From positions 4,216,001-4,280,000 of the forward strand of contig CM060732.1 of the NCBI GenBank assembly GCA_030704615.1: a stretch of 64,000 nucleotides of DNA, written 5' to 3'. The DNA is from Takakia lepidozioides. Lineage: Eukaryota; Plantae; Bryophyta. The notes beneath the pieces are model-generated. The model was not told where the DNA came from. It worked only from the letters and a program-made list of their open reading frames with translations, and did not search any database. This document shows positions 1 through 12,018 of this stretch, one piece after another. How positions within the stretch are numbered: the stretch's first letter is position 1; every line of letters begins with the position of its first letter. A program made the translations under genes and the position numbers.

Positions 1-1424
1 CTATGTGGTGCCAGAGATATACATGAGGATTTGGCTGTGTTGGACTACCTCCGCACGGGAGACACGGCAGCCATTGTGACTGCCAGGGAGAGGGATCGGA
101 TCCTGCAACGAGCCAAGAGGTTCAAGTGGGAGGGGATACACCTACTTCGAGTGTGGGAGGATGGTCGGGTGAGGATTGTGCCTCACCCCACACAGCGTGC
201 ACGGTTAGTGCGGCATGCCCATGAGGAGTTGGGGCATTTTGGAGTGCGACGCACTCACAGTTTACTGCAGGGGCAGTATTGGTGGCGTGGTATGCATACA
301 GAGGTGCAACAGTTTGTGGCTAGGTGCATGGTGTGTGACAGGGTGCGTGCTTCATTCAACGCCCCTACACCACAGTTGCATCCTTTACCTATCATGGGAT
401 TGGGCTACAGGTGGAGTCTTGACTTCGCAGGACCGTTGCCACTGACTATGCGCCACCACAGATATGTGTTGGTGATGGTGGAGCACTTCTCCAAGTGGAT
501 TGAGTTGGTTCCATTGCCTGACAAGGCTAGTGAGGGGGCTGCGTATGCAGGATCGTGTGCTTAGCCGATTTGGTGCTCCAGCTGGGGGAGTTTCAGGCTT
601 TGTGTGATAAAGCCTTGATAGACCACCGCACCACTTCTCGGGATCATCCTGAGGCCGATGGCTTAGCAGAGAGAGTTGTTCAGACGGTGAAGAGGGGTTT
701 GCGCAAGTATGGCTTGCAGAAGGGACACCTAGGAGATTGGGATCTTCAGGTTCCTTGGTTAGCCATGGGCTACAGGTTCAGCAAACAAGCATCACTTGCC
801 TCCTTCTCACCATATTTCCTTCTCTTTGGCCGAGAGCCGGATTTGCCTGCAGCCATTCGTAGGGACACTGCTCAAGTCCTTAACCTTGACGATCCGGACG
901 TGTGGGTACGTGCATGTGATCAGCGTGCAGAGTTGTTCAAGAAAGTCATGCCCATGGCTTTTGAGAACCTTGCCATTGCACAGCACCGTGATACGTTGAG
1001 GTATGCCACTATACGTGGTGGAGGATATCGTCCTGGGGTTCGGAGGTTTAGCCCTGGTGACTATGTTTATTTGCAGCAGACTGCTCCTACGACTCTGGAT
1101 GTTACTGCAGGGCGTGTTATTCTGAGGGTTCGAGAGGTGTTGCCCTCAGGGGTCCTGATCTTGGAGGGTCGGGATGGCATGACTTGGAAGGACCATGTGC
1201 GTAATTGTGCGCCATGTCACCTTCCCAATGTCGATGGCAGAGTTGACCCAAACTTGGCAGTGGTACCTGCAGGTTTGAGGTGCATGCTCTGTGGGTCTGC
1301 CAAAGGGGCAGCCACCATGCTGGTGTGTGATCGATGCTCAAGGGGTTGGCATATGGGATGCTTGACACCACCTCTTGAGAAGGTTCCTGACGGAGATTGG
1401 TTGTGTCCACACTGCTTGGGATAG
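1..1424 (+). pseudogene. Ty3/gypsy integrase (HHCC Zn finger, rve core) with C-terminal PHD finger; disrupted
   Basis: HAHEELGH...CMVC Zn finger, WSLDFAGPL (first D), ADGLAERVVQT (E) and C-terminal CMLC..VCDRC..WHMGC..WLCPHC PHD finger. Small deletions near 550-590 shift the frame and remove the segment holding the second catalytic D. Confidence 0.92.
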
Positions 1425-1684
1425 TGGCAGTGGACATGACTGGAGGCAGCTAACAAGACATGGGAGGCCAAGCTCATAGGAGTCAATACATGAGATCCCA
1501 AGCTCAAGTTCACAGGTTGCAAGACGGCGACTAACGATGGGGCAACTCTTGCACCCGGCCTCTTGATCTATCGAGTTTGAGTGTAGTAGGGATAGTGGTG
1601 GAGGACTTAGTGAGGCTATGGTCACTATCACATCTTGTGGCTACCTGGACTTAGAGGGACCTAAGCACCAGCTAGGGGGGCGAT

Positions 1685-2395
1685 TGTGTGGACTAGTGAC
1701 TGCCATAGTGGGCAGCGTAGTGGCAGCCTAGTGACTGACTAGTTGTAGCCTAGTGGTTGGACTAGTGGCTGGACTAGTGGTAGACTAGTGGTATACTAGT
1801 GTGTGGTGTGCACATGTGTTGTGTGGTTTTGGACAGCGATGTAGTTGTGTAGCGATATGTATGCGCACGACAGCTGTCAAGTTATTTTACCACTAGTGTG
1901 AAACTAGCTAGGAAATAGCTAGCTTTTACATATTGACATTTGGGATTGGCCCAAGTGTCAATCCAGGGGTCAAGGCAGATTTAGGCCCTGGAGTGGTTAT
2001 CTTCACGGCAAGCGCGGGAGGCTCATCTTTCTCGAGTTGAGCCTCACCGCGCCTAGCTATGGCGCCGTAGTGTGGATTCCCCATGGCGTGGGGTGCACTT
2101 GGCTTGACTTGTATTTGAGTGATGAGGTTATATATGCATGAGTTTATGCTTCAGCTTTGTGAGCTCGCATGAGCTCGTGCTTGTATTCTTCTTCTTTATC
2201 ACTCGATTGTGTGGACTAGTGACTGCCATAGTGGGCAGCGTAGTGGCAGCCTAGTGACTGACTAGTTGTAGCCTAGTGGTTGGACTAGTGGCTGGACTAG
2301 TGGTAGACTAGTGGTATACTAGTGTGTGGTGTGCACATGTGTTGTGTGGTTTTGGACAGCGATGTAGTTGTGTAGCGATATGTATGCGCACGACA
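1685..2395 (+). mobile_element. 3' LTR region of the PHD-gypsy element, with a 192-bp direct repeat at both ends
   Basis: Purine tract (agctagggggg) just upstream; starts TGTG and ends ACA; 1681-1872 is repeated at 2204-2395. Confidence 0.7.
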
Positions 2396-3146
2396 TCCGT
2401 TCCACCTTCACATACCTTAGTTGTTGAACGGAAATGTTGTGCCGCATTTCCGTCCCACAGCTCCATGCGTGAGATACAAAACGGAAATGCGGCGCCGCAT
2501 TTCCGTTGTGGAATGTCGGAAGGTGCAACTCGGACGGAAATGTTGTGCCGCATTTCAGTTCCAGTGGTTCATGATTTTCAATCAGAACGGAAAAGTTGTA
2601 CCGCATTTCCATTCCACTGTCACATACCGTACTTGTTGGACGGAAATGCGGCACCGCATTTCGTTCTGGAGAGTATAAAGGGGTTCCCCGGACGGAATTG
2701 CGGTGCCGCATTTCCGTCGCACTGGTTGGTGCATGACTAAGATGCAAAACGGAAATGCGGCGCCGTATTTCCGTCCAACATCAATCAAAAGTAGCACACC
2801 GGACGGAATGCGGAACCGCATTTCCGTCCACTGGATTCCATTGAAAGAGACCGGACGGAAATTCGGCACCACATTTCCGTTCCTGCCTATCTAAAGAGTC
2901 CTAGTCGATGAAAATGCGCTGCCGCAATTATTTTCTACCGTGTGTTCCTAGTCCCGTTGGACCTAAATGCGATACCGCATTTCCGTTCCACCATGGGCCT
3001 GCTTTTACAGTGGATTGAATTGTGGTACCGCATTTCCGTTGCACCAGTATTTTGGTTTCCCTGTTGACGGAAATGCGGTGCCGCATTTCCGATCACAATC
3101 ATCGAGAGGATGATGTCGAACTGAGATGCGGGACCGCATTCCCATT
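2396..3146. repeat. Array of 14 palindromes (ACGGAAATGCGGCGCCGCATTTCCGT consensus) at ~53-bp period, MULE family A
   Basis: Unit starts at 2428, 2481, 2534, 2587, 2640, 2692, 2749, 2803, 2855, 2908, 2961, 3014, 3067 and 3120, with ~27-nt diverged spacers. The same motif recurs at ~50878 and ~50978, downstream of the second family A transposase copy. Confidence 0.93.
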
Positions 3147-3527
3147 CAGCCATGTGCAATGGGTTGGATTGTTCCGAAACAACATAATTGCGGCCTGTCT
3201 TAATGAGCACAGCTTGGTTGTCTAACTGTTTTAACTAACAGTCCTGGCACTTGTCAGTGCAAACGTTCATGTCTGCACCCGTTGATCCACCCTTAGGAGA
3301 AACTGTCAGGAGATGTTATTTTGTCGCCGAATCGGCCATCATTGTCATACTTATTGGATATGGAATCACACCTCCCACCTTCATGCATTTAGCTTGAAAC
3401 AATACTTTCCACTTCAATGTGCGACTTCCATCGTCGATGGACTCCGCAGATCCACTTAGATGGTGCCTGTGAGCCTTGGTCTGTCGCTATACTGAACCTC
3501 GCACTTGCCAACTTCGTGCGGTGTTTC

Positions 3528-6000
3528 ATGGCTCCGAATTCCTACGTTATAGTTTGCTGTCCTCCGCAACTTGGGAGAGCCTGGATCCCAAACGAGGGAG
3601 GACTTTGCAGAGTGACTGAAACTTACCTTTGTTCCAAATTCAAGCTCAAACCGGGCACAGTTTATTTGGAAGAAGAAAGGAAGGATGTTCCTGGACAGGG
3701 TGACGAGACCATTGTCGTGCTAGGTAACGACGGAGGTTGCGGAATCGAATGGCACGTACCCCCATCAGACACCATCCTGTACCGAGCTGTGGGAATGCCC
3801 ATTCCCTTTCCGAATTAGTCGCTGCCCACACCATCCACAAAGGAGTCGGGAAACCGACAGGCGGCCATTGCCAACAGAGAGGTATGCAACGATAATCATT
3901 CCCGACCTAGGACCGTCAAGACCCTCCATAGCTTCTCGTGTGGACGTATTCGACATTTCCGACGAGGAAGATGAGTGCATTGAGGTCCCCATGTCCTCCA
4001 CACGGTCGTTCAAATCCGACATGGACGTCTCTGCAGGTGCTACGCATGTACCCTCGAGCATAACACCAACCCGGTCCATTGTGCAGCTCCTACGACAACA
4101 TCACCTCGATGGTTCTCGCTCCGAGCTGGCTGCTCTCGACTATGCCAAATTTCCAGTCAGGAAGGTAACGTATCTGCCTCCCAAAGTTGATGGCAATGTC
4201 ATCTACGGGTTTCCACATGTTACTTTGTCAAACAAAGCCTCAGGGATGTTAACAGACATGGATCGAAAGCATGACGGACACCCCTGGTGTGTGACGAAGA
4301 CCAGTAGCACGAAAATTGTTGATGGTGTTCGTGTACGATACGTCCTCTGTGCGGGGAAGCTGAGGTGCCTCAATCTCGCCTGCTTCCACTTTCTCTCCAA
4401 AGGAGGGCGGAGAAACGAGACGGATTGGACTGGCACAACCCATCATCCATTCATTGTCTCCAGCCAAGCTCCTGCGGGTACTTTCAAGTGCGCACATTGC
4501 AAAGAACCACCGACGTGCATGTCCATGTGCAGAGCCAAGCAATATTACGTAATCCATTTGCTCCCGGACTTGACTAGAGTTTGCATACACGTTGGGGTCC
4601 ACTGCCACCCCTTGGTGAGAGGCAACATGCGTGAGGCTGTGCAGGAAGCACACGACATCATAAAAGAGGAGGTGAAATTGAGCCCTGGAGCCAGACCAAA
4701 GCAGATTCAGCTGAAGGCAGCCCACAAGATTGCTCTTGGCAAAATCATGTCTGAAGATGGTTCAGACCGAGTGCCCTTGAACGAAGAGGAGATGCTTGTC
4801 CTGTTGGAGTCCGTCTCGCACGTTTGTAGTCCGAATGTGCGGAATCACATCGTATCTTGCAAGCAAGAGTTCGGCCGGGGGTCGGACATGCACTCAATCC
4901 TGGAGGTGAAACGAATGACTGGATATGACTATATCCAAGGTAGCAGGTTTCCAGGGCAAGGCAGCGAATCCGATCCTTGTTACATTTTTAAAATGTCGAC
5001 GTGTGGGCCTGGGAGTGGAGTCGACTTGGTCACTCGCATGACAACTGGAAACTTGTCGAATCCTTGGGTGATGTTTGATCACATCAAGTGAATTACAAAC
5101 CATCAGTGGTTGACTATGGGTGCGCATGTTTATGACTATCACTCCAAGAGGCTCATGACGATTGCAATCTGCGAGATGAAAGGGGAGGACACACAGTCGG
5201 AGATGCATCTGTGGGAGGGCATAAACGAGCAGATGGCAAGGGCGGGATTGGCATAGCCCAATTTTAGGGGATTCATGGCAGACAACGCTCAGGCCAACTG
5301 GGCAGTGGTGCGGCGTGTGTACGGTGAGGACCCCAATGTTCCAATGGAGGGGAAAGAGAGATCCTGTGGATTCCATTGGATGTAGAGTCTATCTCACTAC
5401 ACTATTAAATTTGTTGCTAGCTCATTCCAGGCTGAACACCGTGTCCTTTGTACGGCGTGGAAGGATGCACCCACATTTGATGATGCGGAGGTTAGGTTTG
5501 CTATCATCGAGGCTTGGTGGAACACGTCAGGTGCAGTGGAGACAACCGATTTGGGAGCCTTGCACAGCTGGTTGGGGTGGTGGCATTTCCGGTATCGACA
5601 GTTCGGACAGTACATGCGGGAGGTATGATGCTGTCATTTTCGTGCAATTGTCTTTCTATTATGGACCTTTCCATTGGTCCCTCACCATTGTTTGTGTCCT
5701 TGTAGGAGCGGTGCTTGGATTCCGATACGGACATGCCGAACACGAATATGGCAGAATCAGTCCACTCCTCCTGGCGAGCGTCTTCTGCCGCACATCTGGT
5801 GGACGTAGTGATGGCCACAACGGAGGACATCGACAGAGCAATCATGCAGCAAGCCACGTACTACAAGTTCCTGAGCGGGAAACAATGGGGCTTTGGGCCG
5901 GACAGGGAGGAATTGTTGGTACGAACAGCTTCGAGGTCGAAGAATCCACTGAAATGGGCGACAACATTGCGAGAGAAGATCAAAGGGACGCCTCTGCACC
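3528..6000 (+). pseudogene. Mutator-like transposase, family A copy 1 (N-terminal unknown domain, GCM/WRKY-like Zn finger, DDE); 3'-truncated
   Basis: CAGKLRCLNLAC...CAHC...HVGVHCHP Zn finger, WVMFDHIK (D1), FMADNAQANW (D2), CGFHW (CxxH) and, after a GT-AG intron at 5623-5705, TNMAESVHSSW (E). Frameshift near 3820 and stops at ~5089, ~5254 and ~5383. Confidence 0.85.
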
Positions 6001-6539
6001 GGTACTTGGCCCCTTGGTAACTCCATACATCTCCTCCATCGTGTCCCACAACAATGGTACGGGAATGGCTTGCGCCCTTGACAAGAATCCTCCTGACTGG
6101 GTAGAGAACCTGTTGCGGCCTATGGCTTAGACTAGTACTAGGTTTGTAACATAAACCTGCACCTGCACCTGCATCCACCGCAAGCACTCCTATGGTCTGC
6201 TAGTCATCAACCCAGCCTCACCATAAGAGAAACAATGATGGTCTAACTGGTCATCACCCCATCATGCTCTAGGATTGGCCGATGATCAAATCCGGACCAA
6301 CCTCCTATGAGAACAAGCGCCCACACAAAACTGACATGGCGCACAGTCAAGCATGCAGGTGTGGGGGGATCCAAACACAAGAAAATCAAGACAGTAACTC
6401 CCCCACACCAAAAAAACACTCCACAGTGTCGCTCCTGCAAGACACCCCAGCCCACACCCGGACTGACTCTTGCCTCCACCTACGGGGAAGAGACCAAAGC
6501 AATTCCTAATCCCATAATGCTCTCATCCCACTAGTTTCC

Positions 6540-8997
6540 CCCTATTTCTAAACGCTCTTGCTCGTGACCAACAAACATGACTACCTTCTAGGGTCTCTCA
6601 AATAACTCTCCAAGAGCCCTCAAGATGTCTCTCAGACAATCTCACTAAGGCTCCCAAAGCTTGCACAATTGGACTCCAAATAGTCCACCAAGCCCCCAAG
6701 AGCCTGCCAGAATCTTGGCCCTCAAGGACCCCAAATAGTCCTCCCAACAAGTCGTCAAAGACTCATTAAGCTCGATTGTCCTCCAAGGGCCCAAAATAGC
6801 CCTCCACAAGCTCCAAAAACTTGCCAAATATTGACCTCAAAGACCCCAAATAGTCCTCCAAGCTCTTCAATGTGTCTTACAAAATCTCCTCAAAGTGTAT
6901 TCCAAAAGCTCCTCAAATGGCCCCCCAAAGATCCTCCAAAGGCAATACTCCTCCAAATACACCCTAGATGTCATACTCTTTTAATGAAAACGTATGGTAG
7001 GCAAAGTCTCTCCACTTGTATCCATACTCTATTAAACAAGTGTATGGTGGGACAGAGGGTGCCCATACTTTGTTTACAAAAATGTATGTTGGGCAGAGGG
7101 ACCCCATACGCTGTTCACAAAAGAGTATGTGGGGCCCATACTCTTTTCACAAAAGTGTATGCTGTGGCAGAGGGAGCCCATACCCAGTTTCTTGAAGTGT
7201 ATGGAGACTAGGGTTTGTAGAGTATAGTAAGACACCATACACATGATTGCTCATGATCCATGCTTCTACCCCAAGCCTTAAGGAGTTTATTTAGTGGTGA
7301 GAAACACCTTCTTCATGGTATCTTCCCCCCTAACATGCATGCAAGATTGCATTGTCTTACCTTGCAATGCATTCATCACAAATTGCCATGTTCCTCTTGA
7401 TCTCTTTGGAACTCATAGCAAGCTAATGTACCCAATGACAAGCACCAAGCCTTGCTTCAATTTGATTTTTGTATGCCATCTTCCATGTGCTTTCCCTCGC
7501 ATGGGCTAGTCACACACACTTCCATCTCTTGACCTAGGTGCGGTCATTCACCATAATGTGTATCCACACCTCTATTCAAGAGCTCATCTTCTCAAACTTG
7601 ACGTCACAAGCCCTAAAGAGCATGCTCCACATAAACATCACTTGCTTGATCAACCATCCACCACAAAACTTAAGCAAAAAGGGAATGAATACATGAGCTT
7701 CACCTTCCCCTTCCTTGTCTTGTCACATGCTAATATATGGTTGAAGTTGCTATGCATGCCTTGAGCCACAATCTCCTTTTCTTCATGAAGACCACCTCCA
7801 ATGATCTCCCACATGTGCTCCAAGCTCTTCAATACTCTTGGTTTCACATCATCATGGATAGAATTCTCACCCACATGCTTCCCTTTGGAGTCATCTTGAG
7901 CTTCTTGATGCTCTCCAAGCGGTTGTTTTTGTTGTCTTCAAGCCCTAGCCTATGTAGCTCCTTGGCTTTTCTTCCACAACATGCACCACCTCATACACAA
8001 GGAATTAACTTGCTCACTTCACCTTCTAGCTCTCCTCAAGCTTGAATTGGAAGCCACACTTGGAAAGCATGCTCCACACATGCGCCACTTGCTTGGTCAA
8101 CCACTTGCTTCACTAAGAGCAATCCAAGAACTCATAGAACTAGCAAAAGCACTACCTTCTAGTGCCCGCCTTAGCTTGCTTGTTTGTCAACCAAATGAAA
8201 CCCCACTTGGCTTCATTTCACTATGGACAGAACAACCACTTCTTAGCTTCTCTTGAGCTACTCAATGCTCCTCTACCTTGGTTGTACTCCTTCTATGGTG
8301 TTTCCAACCCAAACATGTGCCGCACTTTGGCTTCTCTTTCACACCATGAACAACTAGAGCTTGTTCTTGAAACCCTAGTGTCTATCTTCTCCACACACAA
8401 GATGCTTATCTTGTGATGCAAGAGCTCTTTTCCAAGCTCTCCACCTCTATAGAGCAAAGTAATGCTTCTCAAACCCTAACATCCATGTTCTCCACGCCAC
8501 AAGGATTTTTCTTTGCAACACCTGCAACACCTTGCAACACAAGAGCTCTCTACCAAGCTGTCTCCAACACACAAGTGTTAAACTAACCCTTACACTTTGC
8601 ACTCACAAGCATAAGGAGATCTTCTTGTAGTGATAATGGAAGTGAACACACAATGGAAACACTCCACTCATGAATCCACTCAGTCACATAAACTAAGTCA
8701 AGCCAAGGGCACCTTTGCTAAGGGAATCCACCCTACAAAGCCCTCACCACACTCCCTCTCAATACCTAGAGCTATGGAGGTGGGAGAGCTCATGGAGGCT
8801 CAACTACAAGAAGATGAGCCCTCCTCAACCCTCACAAGGGGAAAACCCATCCCCATATCCCAAGTGAGGCTTGACACCTCACTTGGCATATGAGACCAAA
8901 TGAAGTCCCAACACACAAAATGCACATATAAATATCCAAAATGTCCTAGTTAACTAGAAGTAGGTAATTCTAGTTAACCACGACTAAAACCATGACA
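6540..8997 (-). mobile_element. Degenerate LTR retrotransposon: 5' LTR (8559-8997), PBS-like site and decayed internal region
   Basis: Segment bounded by TGTC...GACA. The adjacent gctctctacca (~8545-8555) is the reverse complement of a tRNA-Met-type PBS variant (TGGTAGAGAGC). No clean protein motifs internally. Confidence 0.55.
6970..7205. repeat. About six degenerate ~40-bp CCATAC...GTATG hairpin repeats
   Basis: Repeated ccatac-N(12-16)-gtatg units inside the LTR element's internal region. Confidence 0.6.
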
Positions 8998-9224
8998 AAT
9001 TAGCTCCGAGACTACCGAAGGAGAGCTGCACCCGAGATCTACCCTTCCTAATAGACATGCGGTGCTTTCAATTAACCTCGGACTCATCACCCAGAAGGGG
9101 ACAACGCTTAGAACTACGAGAGCTGCCAACTTGGCGGGATGTTGTCCTTCCATAGCACCTTAGTGTCCAAGTGGTAGGAGGCATTTCAGCAGATTCAGAT
9201 ACGTTTATTTGTATCTTGCTTAAG

Positions 9225-9690
9225 TGCATCAAGATGAGAGGTCTGGAAGCTGGAAAACAGGTGCACACTCAATACCCTCGTGGGCATGTATGAAGGGAGT
9301 GTTCAACAGTATGGCTGAACGAGATGTGGGTGTTATGGAGTGCGATGATTGCAGATATGCACAGCAAGGGCGCGGGATGGAGGCTTTGAGAACTATGAGC
9401 AAATGATGTGCGAAGGGGTGAAGCCCAACCACATCACATTTGTTTGTGTTTGCAATACATGTGCAAGCCTGGGAGCTTTGGGAAAGGGGAAAGAGGTCCA
9501 TGGTGACATCGTCAAAGCTGGAATTGTACCAGATGTCATCCTGAACACTGCCCTGGTGGACATGTATGCCAAATGTGGGTGCATCGAGGATCCAAAGGGG
9601 CTGAACGAGATGTGGTGTCATGGAACGCAATGCTTGCAGGATATGCACAACAAGGGCACGGGATGGAGGCTTTGAGAACTATGAGCAAAT
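9225..9690 (+). pseudogene. PLS-class pentatricopeptide repeat (PPR) gene fragment
   Basis: EQMMCEGVKPNHITFVCV..CASLGALGKGKEVHGDIVKAG..DVILNTALVDMYAKCG, plus frameshifted ERDVVSWNAMLAGYAQQGHG repeats. Confidence 0.9.
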
Positions 9691-9694
9691 GAAG

Positions 9695-11190
9695 TCGGAT
9701 GAAGTCGTCTCAGGGGGAGAGGCCGACACCTGGCCGACAGAGAATATCCCTCGGATGAAAAAAATGGCGCCGAATTTCCATTAGAGGCCGTTCGGAAGAA
9801 GTTGTCTTGGGGGGAGAGGCCGACACCTGGCCGACAGAGAACATCCCACGGATGGAAAAATGGCGCCAAATTTCGTCAGATGAAGTCGTCTCGGGGGGAG
9901 AGGCCGACACCTGGCTGACAGAGAACATCCCTCGGATGGAAAAACGGCGCCAAATCTCCAATGAGGCCGTTCGGATGAAGTTGTCTCGGAGGGAGGGGCC
10001 GACACCTGGCCTACAGAGAATATCCCCCGGATGGCAAAACGGCGCCGAATTTCCATACGAGGCCCGTCGGATGAAGTCGTCTCAGGGGGAGAGGCCGACA
10101 CCTGGCCGATAGAGAATATCCCTCGGATGAAAAAAACGGCGCCGAATTTCCATTAGAAGCCGTTCGGATGAAGTTGTCTCAGGGGGAGAGGCCGACACCT
10201 GGCCGACAGAGAACATCCCACGGATGGAAAAATGGCGCCAAATTTCAATACGAGGCCCGTCGGATGAAGTCGTCTCGGGGGGAGAGGCCAACACCTGGCT
10301 GACAGAGAACATCCCTCGGATGGAAAAACGGCGCCGAATCTCCAATGAGGCCGTTCGGATGAAGTTGTCTCAGAGGGAGAGGCCGACACCTGGCCTACAG
10401 AGAATATCCCCCGGATGGCAAAACGGCGCCGAATTTCCATACGAGGCCCGTCGGATGAAGTCGTCTCAGGGGGAGAGGCCGACACCTGGCCGACAGAGAA
10501 CATCCCTCGGATGGAAAAATGGCGCCGAATTTCCATCCGAGGCCGTTCGGATGAAGTTGTCTCGAGGGGAGACGCCGACACCTGGCCGACAGAGAACATC
10601 CCCCGGATGGAAAAATGGCGCCGAATTTCCATACGAGGCCCGTCGGATGAAGTCGTCTCGGGGGGAGAGGCCGACACCTGGCCGACAGAGAACATCCCTC
10701 GGATGGTAAAACGGCGCCGAATTTCCATCCGAGGCCGTTCGGATGAAGTTGTCTCGAGGGGAGACGCCGACACCTGGCCGACAGAGAACATCCCCCGGAT
10801 GGAAAAACGGCGCCGAATTTCCATCCGAGGCCGTTCGGATGAAGTCGTCTCGGGGGGAGAGGCAGACACCTGGCCGACAGAGAACATCCCCCGGATGGAA
10901 AAACGGCGCCGAATTTCCACTCGAGGCCCGTCGGATGAAGTCGTCTTGGGGGGAGAGGCCGACACCTGGCCAACAGAGAACAACCTCCGGATGGAAAAAC
11001 GGCGCCGAATTTCCGCTCATGGCCCGTCGGATGAAGTCGTCTCGGGGGGAGAGGCCGACATCTAGCCGACAAAGAACATCCCTCGGATGGAAAAACGGCG
11101 CCGTATTTCCATCCAAGGCCGCACGGATGGAGTCGTCTCGGGGGGAGTGGCCGAAAGAGATCATCTGCAGGATGGAAAAACGGCGCTGAA
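9695..11190. repeat. ~96-bp tandem repeat (~16 units) with a GGAAAAACGGCGCCGAATTTCC palindrome, MULE family B copy 1
   Basis: Units begin ggatgaagt(c/t)gtct at ~9697, 9794, 9878, 9973, 10069 ... 11125; higher-order 4-unit and 2-unit duplications are visible. Confidence 0.95.
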
Positions 11191-11339
11191 TATCCATCAA
11201 CAGACGCCCGTATCGACCCTTCATCAACAATTTTGATTCGTTTTTCGCGTTTTTTTGTCTAATCAGTCACTCAACTTAGAGTTTTTCGCCTGCGGTCCAC
11301 TTTTTGGCACGTTATGCCCACCAATGTCGTCCGGTAGAG

Positions 11340-11620
11340 ACAAATTCGGTGCCGGATTCCATCCATGAGGTGGACCGACTTACTTGCAGGATGGAAATTC
11401 GGCGCCGGTTTTCCATCTCGCAGCGCTCCGGTTTACCTGCAGGATGGAAAGTCGGCGCCAGTTTTCCATCCGGCCGCGCTCCCGCTTGCCTGCAGGATGG
11501 AAATTTGGCGCTGGTTTTCCATCCGGCTGCTTCTGGATGAGAACGTCTCGGGCGGAGGGAGGGCCACGGTGTGTCCCACTTCATCCGCTGAATGGAAATT
11601 CGGCGCCGTTTTTTTCCATC
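11340..11620. repeat. ~53-bp period array of GGAAATTCGGCGCC(G/A)(G/A)TTTCC palindromes (family B)
   Basis: Motifs at ~11343, 11393, 11446, 11499 and 11594; homologous to 36960-37590. Confidence 0.85.
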
Positions 11621-11716
11621 CAGCGGGCTGTTGATGAAGTCTCGGGGGGAGGGTGGGCCAGGTGGCGCCTGTGGGCGACCTCCATAACTACATTTAAGGG
11701 CGCAATTGCGCATTAA

Positions 11717-11960
11717 ATGTCCTCCGCCGTCTGTTTTGAACCGGACGTTCTACACGGATACCGCGCTTGCTTCTCGGATACGCCTTCGACACCTGATGTG
11801 ACGGGTGGATGACGTTCCATTTGAGGCATGTACGCACGCATTCTGCGGGAGATTTTTCTTTTACTCGGACTTATGCCGCGTGGAGAAGGGCGTGGCTCTC
11901 TTGAGAGAAACCCCACATCCAGACCGCGTCGCAAACTGAAGCCTTTGTACTACGGGTGGC
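11717..11960 (+). pseudogene. Unknown accessory ORF ('ORF-Y') of family B, copy 1
   Basis: Degenerate ..ALASRIRL..FEACT..FLLLGLMPRGEGRGSLERNPTSRPRRKLKPLYYG, also found at 37640-37885 in the same position after the array. Confidence 0.55.
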
Positions 11961-12018
11961 AATGCGGCAATGCCGACCAGCCGAACGGCGACAAAGCGGC
12001 AACGCGCCTTCTGTACAG

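Noticed and set aside
2396-3146. True CRISPR array
   Set aside because: Eukaryotic transposon context, no cas genes, degenerate repeats, some mutually related spacers, and the same motif scattered elsewhere in the element.
5315-6130. 271-aa ORF (and 48808-49503) with a hydrophobic stretch as a membrane protein
   Set aside because: An alternative frame over the transposase; the hydrophobic part is the T-rich intron.
9710-11230. Long ORFs (up to 276 aa) on both strands
   Set aside because: They arise from a 96-bp GC-rich tandem repeat whose unit is a multiple of three; the same applies to ORFs in 35888-37565.
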